A stretch of 63,912 nt of DNA, filler included, from Lama guanicoe (GCA_013239625.1; 213 parts of 213 records of this genome joined end to end with filler, not necessarily neighbours in it), one strand, 5' to 3'. Counted from the whole stretch's first letter, positions 50,168-62,332 are shown. A program made the numbers and translations. The notes: generated by a model not told the origin, from the letters alone.

Positions 50168-50669
50168 GTCTTGCTTTTTTTTTTAACAAACAAAACTGAA
50201 CTTGTACATCTAAAATGACCACTATCTTCTTCAAAGTAAATACTATGAACCAATTTCAATGATGCCTACCAAGGAATGATGTAGTTTGAATTTTCAGGTG
50301 GTAAATTTATCTTCATATTCCACAGAAATATGCTTTGAATGTTCTCAGTAGGAGCAAATTTTGCCTTANNNNNNNNNNNNNNNNNNNNNNNNNNNNNNNN
50401 NNNNNNNNNNNNTTAATTAATTAANNNNNNNNNNNNNNNNNNNNNNNNNNNNNNNNNNNNNNNNNNNNGTCTTGCTTTTTTTTTTAACAAACAAAACTGA
50501 ACTTGTACATCTAAAATAACCACTATCTTCTTCAAAGTAAATACTATGAACCAGTTTCAATGATGCCTGCCAAGGAATGATGTAGTTTGAATTTTCGGGT
50601 GGTAAATTTATCTTCATATGCCACAGAAATATGCTTTGAATGTTCTCAGTAGGAGCAAATTTTGCCTTA
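50168..50669 (+). repeat. Near-identical contig pair 50168-50368 / 50469-50669 (assembly bubble)
   Basis: 5 substitutions; first at position 50, last at 152. Confidence 0.95.
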
Positions 50670-50769
50670 NNNNNNNNNNNNNNNNNNNNNNNNNNNNNNN
50701 NNNNNNNNNNNNNTTAATTAATTAANNNNNNNNNNNNNNNNNNNNNNNNNNNNNNNNNNNNNNNNNNNN

Positions 50770-50970
50770 TCCATTTCCGTTACAGAGTGTGATGACTGGG
50801 GCCTCTTTTTGATTCTTTCTTAGAATTCCCAACCCTCTTACATCGCCCATCTGTTCTTGCACGTTGTCTGCTTTTTCCAGGAGCGCCCTCAGCATGTTGA
50901 TCATAGTTAATTTAAATTCCTTCTGAAAGTTCCAACAGCCCTGCCATGTCTGGCTCTAGTTCAGATACTC
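50770..50970 (-). mobile_element. Old L1 (L1M) ORF1 coiled-coil fragment
   Basis: MINMLRALLEKADNVQEQMG...ILRKNQKE is typical of L1MC/MD ORF1. Confidence 0.8.
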
Positions 50971-51070
50971 NNNNNNNNNNNNNNNNNNNNNNNNNNNNNN
51001 NNNNNNNNNNNNNNTTAATTAATTAANNNNNNNNNNNNNNNNNNNNNNNNNNNNNNNNNNNNNNNNNNNN

Positions 51071-51270
51071 ACATGGAATGCAGAACACAGAATTTAGAAA
51101 ATAGAATACAGAATACTGACAATAGAATTTATAGTAAAGAATGTAGAACACAGAAAATAGGATAGAGAATACGGAATACTGAGTATACAATTTAGAACAT
51201 AGAATGCCTAACACAAAATTAAGAATATATAATACAGAATACAGAATATAGATTTAGAACATGGAATGAA
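51071..51270 (+). repeat. Heptamer satellite with 63-bp higher-order period
   Basis: Landmark at 51072, 51135 (degenerate), 51198 and 51260. Confidence 0.88.
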
Positions 51271-52359
51271 NNNNNNNNNNNNNNNNNNNNNNNNNNNNNN
51301 NNNNNNNNNNNNNNTTAATTAATTAANNNNNNNNNNNNNNNNNNNNNNNNNNNNNNNNNNNNNNNNNNNNTCTACCTATATAAATAGGAGAGTGTATCCT
51401 TTTAAAAATTTCCTGTAAGGTTTTATAAGACTATATTTATTTCTTATTTGGTTGTTGGATAGAACTCACTGATTAAGCCATCTGAGCCTGGATATTCATT
51501 GTTGAAAAAATTGACTAATAATTCAATGAAAAAGTAATATGATTTCTTTAATGCTTCAGAGATTTCAGGCTNNNNNNNNNNNNNNNNNNNNNNNNNNNNN
51601 NNNNNNNNNNNNNNNTTAATTAATTAANNNNNNNNNNNNNNNNNNNNNNNNNNNNNNNNNNNNNNNNNNNNAGCTGACCCAGGCGGAGCCCGCCCCTCTG
51701 TCTCCCACCCCTCCTTCTTCACTACAACCCTTCACTGACAAGACGGAGCTGCTTCACTTTTCAGAAAATCGATCTTTACACAACAAATGGGAATAATAAG
51801 TCTCAGGCTTTTTGGACAGTTTTTCAAAGAAGTTGAGGTAAGAGAAAAAAATATGGGAAGTGGAGCCTGATGNNNNNNNNNNNNNNNNNNNNNNNNNNNN
51901 NNNNNNNNNNNNNNNNTTAATTAATTAANNNNNNNNNNNNNNNNNNNNNNNNNNNNNNNNNNNNNNNNNNNNAGGCAACACAGTGGGGGTCATCGTGTCC
52001 ACAGGAAATACACCGCATCGAAGTTCTTTTCACGAACGGTTGTCGCAAATCCTAAAAGACACCGGGGTCCCCACGCGCCCAGTGCCACCGTGTGGGGCAC
52101 CGGCTTCCGTGTGGTGAGGGGAATGCGGAGACTTCACGCGGTGGGACATCACCTCCCGCGCCGTCCCCGGGCTNNNNNNNNNNNNNNNNNNNNNNNNNNN
52201 NNNNNNNNNNNNNNNNNTTAATTAATTAANNNNNNNNNNNNNNNNNNNNNNNNNNNNNNNNNNNNNNNNNNNNACCCCAGGAAAAGAAGAGAATGCCTTA
52301 GAGAACTGCAGCTTTTTCTCCTTAAAGCAGAGCAGGACAGCCTGGACTGACGGGTAGAA

Positions 52360-52470
52360 ATTTCCTTCCTTCTTTTCTTCCTTCCCTTCCTTCCCTTCCT
52401 TCCTTCCTTTCTCTCTCTCTCTCTTTCTTTCTTTCTTTTCTTCCTTCCTTCCTTCCTGTCTTTTTCTTTT
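52360..52470. repeat. (TTCC)n/(CT)n/(CTTT)n pyrimidine simple repeat
   Basis: Direct reading of the sequence. Confidence 0.9.
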
Positions 52471-52574
52471 TAAANNNNNNNNNNNNNNNNNNNNNNNNNN
52501 NNNNNNNNNNNNNNNNNNTTAATTAATTAANNNNNNNNNNNNNNNNNNNNNNNNNNNNNNNNNNNNNNNNNNNN

Positions 52575-52740
52575 CCGGGCTCTGCCACTTGCCAGCCCGG
52601 CGACCTTGAGGAGCTCACGGGGATGTCAGGCGCCGCAACGCCTTCATCTTAGAGACTGGGGTCCGTGCCCTAGGCCGCCTTCCTGTGGTCACTGCGTGAG
52701 ACCTACGTGATCTCACGTTCACAGCGGAACGGACGTGCGA
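52575..52740 (+). mobile_element. MIR, strongly GC-shifted
   Basis: ccgggctctgccacttgccagcccggcgaccttgagg...ccttcatcttagagactgggg is collinear with the MIR core. Confidence 0.65.
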
Positions 52741-53477
52741 CAACCCCTGACTTTCCACTGTCCCAGGCACAGCGTNNNNNNNNNNNNNNNNNNNNNNNNN
52801 NNNNNNNNNNNNNNNNNNNTTAATTAATTAANNNNNNNNNNNNNNNNNNNNNNNNNNNNNNNNNNNNNNNNNNNNGAGAGTGGTCCTTATCCAAAATATT
52901 GGAGAGGGAAGGGGAGAAGGTTGAACCAGGAACTGGCATATAGATAGAAATGTAGGAAAAGTTAGAAATAGTTAGAAAGGTATGGAACAATGGGAGTTAA
53001 AAAATTTTTACCTAATGCTTTTCGAAATCCACCTGAAAAACAAAACGAAAAGATCCATGAAAAGATCCAAGAAAGANNNNNNNNNNNNNNNNNNNNNNNN
53101 NNNNNNNNNNNNNNNNNNNNTTAATTAATTAANNNNNNNNNNNNNNNNNNNNNNNNNNNNNNNNNNNNNNNNNNNNCAGCTAATATTCATCACTTTGCTA
53201 TAGACAATAGGTCTGTTTCAACACTTTTCAAAAGAAATAAACTTTATGAAGATTCTAATACAATCAAACCACCTTAAAAAATGCCACTGTATAAACTGGG
53301 TTTCACATATGGAGAAAAAGCTAAGTATTAATAATTCAAATATTTATTAGATAAATGTTTCAAAACACTTCTTTAAANNNNNNNNNNNNNNNNNNNNNNN
53401 NNNNNNNNNNNNNNNNNNNNNTTAATTAATTAANNNNNNNNNNNNNNNNNNNNNNNNNNNNNNNNNNNNNNNNNNNN

Positions 53478-54581
53478 CACAGATGGCCTGACACTGTCCA
53501 GAAGGTGACAAGTCACTAAGGGAAAGAGCTTAACAAAAGACCTCAACAAATCAAAGAAAGAAACGATGAATAAATGAGAATGTGATCTTTTTTGCAGAGA
53601 CTAGACAAGTATAATAGAAAATAACTCATAAGTACTCTTAGTTCATGAGTACATTTGGATTTAAATTAATGACACTGTNNNNNNNNNNNNNNNNNNNNNN
53701 NNNNNNNNNNNNNNNNNNNNNNTTAATTAATTAANNNNNNNNNNNNNNNNNNNNNNNNNNNNNNNNNNNNNNNNNNNNTCCTTTGAGACCATGACCACTT
53801 GGAGGCCACGTGGGAAAAAGGAGTGAGATGACAAGAGGGGTGCGAAGAGCAAAAAGCAAACTCACAGCCCAAGTCCCAAATTCAAGGATTCTGTCTCAGA
53901 AAAAAAGGATAAAATGTTTCATACGTGTGTCATTTGGCTACGATTTTTGTGGTTCATGGAAAGCAAGAGCTTGGTGTTCNNNNNNNNNNNNNNNNNNNNN
54001 NNNNNNNNNNNNNNNNNNNNNNNTTAATTAATTAANNNNNNNNNNNNNNNNNNNNNNNNNNNNNNNNNNNNNNNNNNNNTCATTGCAAACATTTAATGCA
54101 GGAATATACACCCAACATAAATTGTGTCTTTTCTAACCTTCACACAGGAAGTACCTAAGTGGTACTAGACACTTGTTTGGGGTGGTCATATTCAGTAACC
54201 AAATTGAATCTAAAATATGTGGACTAGAAGAAAGTGAGGGTGGTAGAATTAAAAATTTGTCCAACTGCAAGAATACCAAANNNNNNNNNNNNNNNNNNNN
54301 NNNNNNNNNNNNNNNNNNNNNNNNTTAATTAATTAANNNNNNNNNNNNNNNNNNNNNNNNNNNNNNNNNNNNNNNNNNNNCACAGATGGCCTGACACTGT
54401 CCAGAAGGTGACAAGTCACTAAGGGAAAGGGCTTAACAGAAGACCTCAACAAATCAAAGAAAGAAACGATGAATAAATGAGAACGTGCTCTTTTTTGCAG
54501 AGACTAGACAAGTATAATAGAAAATAACTCAAAAGTACTCTTAGTTCATGAGTACATTTGGATTTAAATTAATGACACTGT
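53478..54581 (+). repeat. Near-identical contig pair 53478-53678 / 54381-54581 (assembly bubble)
   Basis: 5 substitutions; first at position 50, last at 152. Confidence 0.95.
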
Positions 54582-56487
54582 NNNNNNNNNNNNNNNNNNN
54601 NNNNNNNNNNNNNNNNNNNNNNNNNTTAATTAATTAANNNNNNNNNNNNNNNNNNNNNNNNNNNNNNNNNNNNNNNNNNNNTCGAAAGGCTTGCTTCTGA
54701 GACAAAAGAAGATGAGCCATTTCCGTACTCTGCACGTCATAACTTGTCACTACTGTGAGCAAATGTTCAGTCCTGTCCTGTGCTCCCCGGAAGACACCTG
54801 ACGTCACAGAGCTTTGATGAAGGATGTTTTGCCAAAAGTGTTATTTTGTAAGGAGCGCATTGTCTTTTAAGGTAAGAGGTCANNNNNNNNNNNNNNNNNN
54901 NNNNNNNNNNNNNNNNNNNNNNNNNNTTAATTAATTAANNNNNNNNNNNNNNNNNNNNNNNNNNNNNNNNNNNNNNNNNNNNACTCAACGTCTTTTGTTT
55001 TTTTCTTAAAGTTTCACAAGGCAACAGAGAATGAGTCTGGGTTTAGCTGTTGCCCCTTGGATAGGGTGATGAGAGGAGGATTTGTTCTTTATCATTCATT
55101 ATTATGCTGCTCACAACATCACTGAAGAGGCCAGATAAGCATCTCTTGACAAGTTCCCTGAACAACACTGCTGAGCTAGACCANNNNNNNNNNNNNNNNN
55201 NNNNNNNNNNNNNNNNNNNNNNNNNNNTTAATTAATTAANNNNNNNNNNNNNNNNNNNNNNNNNNNNNNNNNNNNNNNNNNNNCCCCAGATTGTCCTAAC
55301 TCTTGACAACAGTGACAAATTTGGAGGATGCCCCATCCACCCTCTGGTTGGAGAATTCCTGAGAAGGATGCACAGGACTCCCTGACAGCTGGCACACTCC
55401 CAGGTCAGGTTTAGTACAGGGAAGGAAGCGGGTTGCCAGCAGCCACAGGGCAGAGTCTGGGAGGGTTTCAAACATGAAGCTTCTNNNNNNNNNNNNNNNN
55501 NNNNNNNNNNNNNNNNNNNNNNNNNNNNTTAATTAATTAANNNNNNNNNNNNNNNNNNNNNNNNNNNNNNNNNNNNNNNNNNNNGAGCAGAACTGGCAGA
55601 AACAGGAAGGCAGACTTTTTAAACAGTTTCTATAAATGCCCCCAGGACCTACTGGGTAGGAACTCTTCTGTGAGACACAACTCTTCAAATGAGTATGGTG
55701 AGGACTGGTACCAGCTTTCTCTACGGACGTACAGATGGTACCATCTGCAGAGAATCACACCCTGCTTCAGACTCACTCCTGAAGCNNNNNNNNNNNNNNN
55801 NNNNNNNNNNNNNNNNNNNNNNNNNNNNNTTAATTAATTAANNNNNNNNNNNNNNNNNNNNNNNNNNNNNNNNNNNNNNNNNNNNTAGTATTTATATTAG
55901 CCATTCCAAGGGCACAGTCCTGTTTCTGTTCAGGTTTTTAATAATGGAGCCGAGTTTAAATTTATTTCATCTGCATCGAGGCTCTGCTGCAGCTTTATTT
56001 GTTTCACCACTGACTCCAAGTATTTGAGTAAAGAACGATGTTTCCTTCATCAAAGCTTGGAAGATGGGTGCGAGCACACTGTATGANNNNNNNNNNNNNN
56101 NNNNNNNNNNNNNNNNNNNNNNNNNNNNNNTTAATTAATTAANNNNNNNNNNNNNNNNNNNNNNNNNNNNNNNNNNNNNNNNNNNNAACCTAAATGGCAT
56201 CATGAGTGATAAATGTATGCTGCTAGGTTGAAAAACAGTCCCAGAGAAGTCAGGTCCTCTTACTCAGCTGTAGAAATTAAACAAATACACATTTTCTCAA
56301 CCCCAAAGCAGATACTGCTTCACCAGTGGGGACCTTTTTTATTCACACAAACTATCTCTTATTATCTCTGACGCACATGGAGCTCAGNNNNNNNNNNNNN
56401 NNNNNNNNNNNNNNNNNNNNNNNNNNNNNNNTTAATTAATTAANNNNNNNNNNNNNNNNNNNNNNNNNNNNNNNNNNNNNNNNNNNN

Positions 56488-56688
56488 CCCTGCTGGCTTC
56501 ACACTTTTCTTCTGAAGCCTCTTCACCTCTCTCAGGATTTATAGAATTGCTGAGAATTAGGGACTTCCGCTGAATTAGGCCTTGCCTTAAAGGAATGTCA
56601 TTCCTGTTTTAATTAAAATGATAAAGAATGAAATATTTTAGGAACTACCAAAATGTGACACAGAGATAAGAAATGAGCAAATGCTGCC
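56488..56688 (-). mobile_element. Tigger1 fragment with internal deletion
   Basis: Antisense transposase segment (cttttcttctg...ctcttcacctctctcag...ttaaaggaatgt) joined to the 5' segment (gaaatatt...ccaaaatgtgacacagaga). Confidence 0.8.
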
Positions 56689-57089
56689 NNNNNNNNNNNN
56701 NNNNNNNNNNNNNNNNNNNNNNNNNNNNNNNNTTAATTAATTAANNNNNNNNNNNNNNNNNNNNNNNNNNNNNNNNNNNNNNNNNNNNTAGTTAATCCAC
56801 TGGGCGTCCGGTTCCTCCTGTGTCCTCCTTCCGGCCGCTCTCCTGCCCCCAGCTGCCGCCGTCCCCTCCGGTAACCAGCCCGCGACCAGGACAGCTGGGA
56901 CGGAGTGCTTTGAGTCCGTCTCAGTGACCCTGGTGCTGTCCGTCTGTCCTGCTCCCGGGTGGGTGGGAGGTGGGTTAATTCTGTGCCTGNNNNNNNNNNN
57001 NNNNNNNNNNNNNNNNNNNNNNNNNNNNNNNNNTTAATTAATTAANNNNNNNNNNNNNNNNNNNNNNNNNNNNNNNNNNNNNNNNNNNN

Positions 57090-57230
57090 TTTACCTCATG
57101 AGGGAGGCAGGTGCCATTATTTTTCCCTATTGTATACAAGAGGAGACTGAGTTCTAGTAAGGATGAATAAACTGTCACAGTGCCAGGATTCTGATTCTGG
57201 CCAGAGGGCACACACGCCCTCAACCACTGC
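57090..57230 (-). mobile_element. MIR
   Basis: ggcaggtgccattatttttccctattgtatacaagaggagactgag...ctcaaccactg. Confidence 0.65.
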
Positions 57231-58594
57231 TTCCTGTAAAAGCACTCTATACCTAAGGGCACTCTAAACTGACTATACCTTTTTTTTCCCNNNNNNNNNN
57301 NNNNNNNNNNNNNNNNNNNNNNNNNNNNNNNNNNTTAATTAATTAANNNNNNNNNNNNNNNNNNNNNNNNNNNNNNNNNNNNNNNNNNNNAATCTGACAT
57401 TCTGCATATCTAAGATTTTAATTTTTTTTAAGTTTTTAAAGTTTTTTTTTAAGTTTTTAAAGTTTTTTTTTTTTAAGTCGGACAATCCGATGCATTGCAG
57501 ACACATAGTAAATACTGCCATCAAGTCAATATTGAGGAAGACCTTTGGTTTGTGTATCTTTCGTTTGTCTGTTTCTTCTTTCCCCTTTCAANNNNNNNNN
57601 NNNNNNNNNNNNNNNNNNNNNNNNNNNNNNNNNNNTTAATTAATTAANNNNNNNNNNNNNNNNNNNNNNNNNNNNNNNNNNNNNNNNNNNNTTGGTTCTC
57701 AGTGATTTTTTTAAGAAGGTCGAGAGGTCCTAGGACCGAAGTATGTGAGCCCCACTGCTATGGGTGATGTTGTTATAAGCGAAAATGGAAAATCTGAGAA
57801 GAGTTCAGGAGATAAGCGTGGAGCATACATTTTTTTTAACTTTTTTTATTGAACTGCAGTCAGTTTCAACGTGTCCATCTCTGGTGCACAGCNNNNNNNN
57901 NNNNNNNNNNNNNNNNNNNNNNNNNNNNNNNNNNNNTTAATTAATTAANNNNNNNNNNNNNNNNNNNNNNNNNNNNNNNNNNNNNNNNNNNNAAAAATTT
58001 ATATATTTTTATATAATGTTTTATATGTACATATATATGTGTATGTATTTGTGTGTATGTATATAAATAAAATGAAACTGCCTCCACATACATCCCTGTA
58101 TGAGATAGAAATGCGGCTAAAAATATAAAAGTAACTTTTCTTCCTCCTGAAACAAAGGGAATGACCCTCCTGAGCCCTGAGTTTTCAAGAGAANNNNNNN
58201 NNNNNNNNNNNNNNNNNNNNNNNNNNNNNNNNNNNNNTTAATTAATTAANNNNNNNNNNNNNNNNNNNNNNNNNNNNNNNNNNNNNNNNNNNNAAGTTGG
58301 AAAGAAAGAAAAATCATGAACCTAAAATTTAATGATGTACTACAATAAAACTTGGTGGGTATAAATGTCTCTAGGAACTTCTGGATATAAGAAGCCAGGT
58401 CAGTTAGCGCTGGAGAGTTGCAACAGGTTCTAATTCAGAACATTACTGCTGGGCTCTCAGAGGTGTCAGGAGCTAGAGAAGAATCTTATACTCANNNNNN
58501 NNNNNNNNNNNNNNNNNNNNNNNNNNNNNNNNNNNNNNTTAATTAATTAANNNNNNNNNNNNNNNNNNNNNNNNNNNNNNNNNNNNNNNNNNNN

Positions 58595-58703
58595 GTATTG
58601 ATTAGAACAGCATAATTGAGTAGTTGCAACAGATACAAAACAACTCTCAAAGCCTAAAATATTTATTGTCTGGCCTGTTACAGAAAAAGTTTGCCAAACT
58701 GTG
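58595..58703 (+). mobile_element. MER58-like hAT element end
   Basis: ttgagtagttgcaacaga...aaagcctaaaatattta..tctggcc..ttacagaaaaagtttgccaa. Confidence 0.8.
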
Positions 58704-58897
58704 GTCTGTATTATTAGATATTATTTTAATTGTTTTAGTTAATATGTACTAGTAGTTTAATATATCACTTTTTAAATATTTATTTTATAGTACATNNNNN
58801 NNNNNNNNNNNNNNNNNNNNNNNNNNNNNNNNNNNNNNNTTAATTAATTAANNNNNNNNNNNNNNNNNNNNNNNNNNNNNNNNNNNNNNNNNNNNGC

Positions 58898-59000
58898 CGC
58901 TACTCTGTAAACTTCTGGAAAGCAGAAAAATCCCTCAGCCTCACTATCTCAAACTTACAGCTGGAGGATTCTGCAAAGTACTTCTGTGTTCTCCGAGAAG
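58898..59000 (+). CDS. TRDV1: T-cell receptor delta V gene, TRDV1 subgroup, 3' end of V exon (germline, partial)
   Basis: [34 protein letters not shown]. Recalled human TRDV1: [34 protein letters not shown]. Second Cys in YFC. Not in the ORF track. Confidence 0.93.
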
Positions 59001-59039
59001 CACTGTGCTTGAAGTAATAGAATGAGCTGAACAAAAACC
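59001..59039 (+). promoter_or_regulatory. V(D)J recombination signal sequence, 23-bp spacer
   Basis: Heptamer CACTGTG (59001-59007), 23-nt spacer (59008-59030), consensus nonamer ACAAAAACC (59031-59039), directly after the V exon. Confidence 0.95.
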
Positions 59040-60405
59040 CCAGAGCACAGTAAGAGAGAGCTCCCTGCTGCAGGAGCCAAGCCGAGATGCACACCTNNNN
59101 NNNNNNNNNNNNNNNNNNNNNNNNNNNNNNNNNNNNNNNNTTAATTAATTAANNNNNNNNNNNNNNNNNNNNNNNNNNNNNNNNNNNNNNNNNNNNATCT
59201 GTCCCTCCTGTCACTAAGTGAACCAAACACTCAAGCAGGTGTGCCGTGGACCAGACTGGACAGCATCCCCTCGTCTGCACCCTCTGTAGCCTGTCCTCCA
59301 CCCCTCTCTCTCCTCCACCTTGTGGTCCGCTGACCTCTCTTTGACAGAAGGCTTCTCAGCAAAGGCGTGTGGGCCTCCCGCCTGTCTCTGTGGGGACNNN
59401 NNNNNNNNNNNNNNNNNNNNNNNNNNNNNNNNNNNNNNNNNTTAATTAATTAANNNNNNNNNNNNNNNNNNNNNNNNNNNNNNNNNNNNNNNNNNNNCAA
59501 ACCCAGCCCGTGGAGAAGCAGAGAACCACAGGCAGAAGGCGGTGCTGCGGGAAAGGGGGCACAGAATCACACCAGAGTGCAAGTGCAGGCCCAGGGAGAA
59601 GAGGCAGCTGGAGACAGAAAGGGGGCGGGCACCTCAGGCTACAGCCCGCTAACCAAGCAGAGTGCGCGCTTACAACGAAAACGTCCAAGAGCGGCTTCNN
59701 NNNNNNNNNNNNNNNNNNNNNNNNNNNNNNNNNNNNNNNNNNTTAATTAATTAANNNNNNNNNNNNNNNNNNNNNNNNNNNNNNNNNNNNNNNNNNNNAG
59801 GAGAATAGTAAAATGAAAACCCAGGTATAGGTTAGGAAATAAGGGTACGTAGCTGAGCGGCCCTGATGGACTCCATCATAGTATGTTCCCATTTTCTTCA
59901 GCCTGAGGCATCCGCTTTCTTACTTAATATTAATAATTCCCTTGATTTTTAAAAAAAAGTAGTTTATTTCTGTCTTACTTGATTATTTTATTTTGGGGGN
60001 NNNNNNNNNNNNNNNNNNNNNNNNNNNNNNNNNNNNNNNNNNNTTAATTAATTAANNNNNNNNNNNNNNNNNNNNNNNNNNNNNNNNNNNNNNNNNNNNA
60101 ATTCCACTGGGCTAGTGCCATCTGGGCTAGGAGTCCCTCAAAAACACAGTCACATCAGTCAACCAACTCTTCCAGGGAAGCCCCAGTCCTTCCACTTACC
60201 AGGGATCTCTGGGACTTGCTCTATTAGAAATCTGACACAGGCTGATCTCACTATGATTCCCACTCTATCTTCTGCAGTCACAAAAAACAGAGCCTCTGGG
60301 NNNNNNNNNNNNNNNNNNNNNNNNNNNNNNNNNNNNNNNNNNNNTTAATTAATTAANNNNNNNNNNNNNNNNNNNNNNNNNNNNNNNNNNNNNNNNNNNN
60401 GTGGT

Positions 60406-60537
60406 GGGAGGGTGCAGCTCAGTGGTAGAGTGCGTGCTTAGCATACACAAGGTCCTGGGTTCCATCCCCAGGGCCTCCATTGAAATAAATAAATAAACCT
60501 ACTCTTACCCACCCCAAAAACCCAACAAAACAAAAAA
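60406..60537 (+). mobile_element. Full-length Vic-1-type SINE
   Basis: gggagggtgcagctcagtggtagagtgcgtgcttagcatacacaaggtcctgggttccatccccagggcctccattgaaataaataaataaaccta plus A-rich tail. Confidence 0.92.
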
Positions 60538-61624
60538 GGGGCAGTATTTGGTTCAGCTGAATACCAACTGCCCACATGAGGGAGAATTCTTTAAGGGGTA
60601 ANNNNNNNNNNNNNNNNNNNNNNNNNNNNNNNNNNNNNNNNNNNNTTAATTAATTAANNNNNNNNNNNNNNNNNNNNNNNNNNNNNNNNNNNNNNNNNNN
60701 NATTCATAATGATGCAGTATGTCAAAGGGACACAGGGCTCTTTGAAAGAGCTCTCAATGTCCAGAGTTAGAACAATTTGAGCAATAAAGTAAACTAGTAT
60801 TAGATCATAGCCCAAAGCTTTAAATAACTATCCAGCAGTCCGTGTTGATAAATGTAAATGATTGAATAAATAGATAAATAAGAGAGAATTTATTCCTTCT
60901 TTNNNNNNNNNNNNNNNNNNNNNNNNNNNNNNNNNNNNNNNNNNNNTTAATTAATTAANNNNNNNNNNNNNNNNNNNNNNNNNNNNNNNNNNNNNNNNNN
61001 NNAGGGCACCCAGGCGGGAAGTGGAACTGCCTCCAGCCCTGCCCGCCTGCATTCTGCCCGGGATCCCTGTCTGGTGGCTGTCACCACGGTGATGGGAGTC
61101 TGGAGCGCCCCACCCCCGCGGTGTGAGGGGTGAGGGGTGAGGAAAGGGTTCAGTTGAGGTAGCCAGTGCACTCTGGGTATGGGGGGATCGCGCAGTGAAA
61201 CGGNNNNNNNNNNNNNNNNNNNNNNNNNNNNNNNNNNNNNNNNNNNNTTAATTAATTAANNNNNNNNNNNNNNNNNNNNNNNNNNNNNNNNNNNNNNNNN
61301 NNNATTCTTTTTGTAAATACAGAAAGACACACGTGAAAGAAAACTGTCTAAATGGTGGTTGCATTTAACAGACCGCTCAGTCCAGTCAGTGGTGGCTCCA
61401 GTGGCCTGATGCGGGGTCTTAGGGCTGGGCTCGCTCCTCCTCCACTGTCACACTGACAAGATGATTTCACATATAAGTGATTCCATTTTAAAAAAAATTT
61501 TTTTNNNNNNNNNNNNNNNNNNNNNNNNNNNNNNNNNNNNNNNNNNNNTTAATTAATTAANNNNNNNNNNNNNNNNNNNNNNNNNNNNNNNNNNNNNNNN
61601 NNNNTGTCCCTCGGTGTTCACTCT

Positions 61625-61805
61625 AGGAGTTTCCAATTGCTAGTGTAACACATTACCATGAACTTTGTGGCTTAAAACAACACACATTGGTAGCTTATGG
61701 TTCTGGGGATCAGAAGGCTGAGATGCATCTTGCTGGGTTAAATTCAGTGTGACAACAGGGTCACACTGGAGACTTGGAGGGGAGTCTGTTTCTTTGCCTT
61801 TTCCA
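61625..61805 (-). mobile_element. MLT1 (MaLR) LTR 3' end
   Basis: attgctagtgtaacacattacc...gtggcttaaaacaacac...gttctgggg.tcagaag...tctgtttctttgccttttcca. Confidence 0.85.
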
Positions 61806-62206
61806 NNNNNNNNNNNNNNNNNNNNNNNNNNNNNNNNNNNNNNNNNNNNTTAATTAATTAANNNNNNNNNNNNNNNNNNNNNNNNNNNNNNNNNNNNNNN
61901 NNNNNGGGTGAGATTTCCAGGGAGAGAGTGAGAAATACAAAACTTTCCTTCCTAGTCAGTGCTGAGAAATCTGTTAACAGAACCAAATTTATTATGTGAT
62001 TTTCTTCTGAATATTTTACAGTTTGAATATATACATTGGAAAGAACTTTGCTTTTGTTATATGCTTGGCTGAGATGCTTTCCTGTGCTGTCTGTCTGATC
62101 TTTTTTNNNNNNNNNNNNNNNNNNNNNNNNNNNNNNNNNNNNNNNNNNNNTTAATTAATTAANNNNNNNNNNNNNNNNNNNNNNNNNNNNNNNNNNNNNN
62201 NNNNNN

Positions 62207-62332
62207 TAGAGTGTAAGCCTAACTTTTACATGCACCTGGGGGACCAGAGGATCTGGTGACCCACTTCACTGAGATAATCGCTTCATCGTGGTGGTCTGGA
62301 AGCAGACGTGCCTCATCTCCAAGCTGTGCCTG
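62207..62332 (+). mobile_element. Tigger1 3' end
   Basis: agtgtaagcctaacttttacatgcac...gtggtggtctggaa...atctccaagctgtgcctg. Confidence 0.8.

Noticed and set aside
55700..55750. Immunoglobulin-like WYQ motif
   Set aside because: No first Cys at the right distance and no other V-domain framework residues.
57415..57478. KKNFKNLKK repeat protein
   Set aside because: A 21-bp T-rich slippage duplication, not coding.
58900..59094. 64-aa minus-strand ORF from the track
   Set aside because: It is the antisense shadow of the TRDV1 V exon and RSS on the plus strand.
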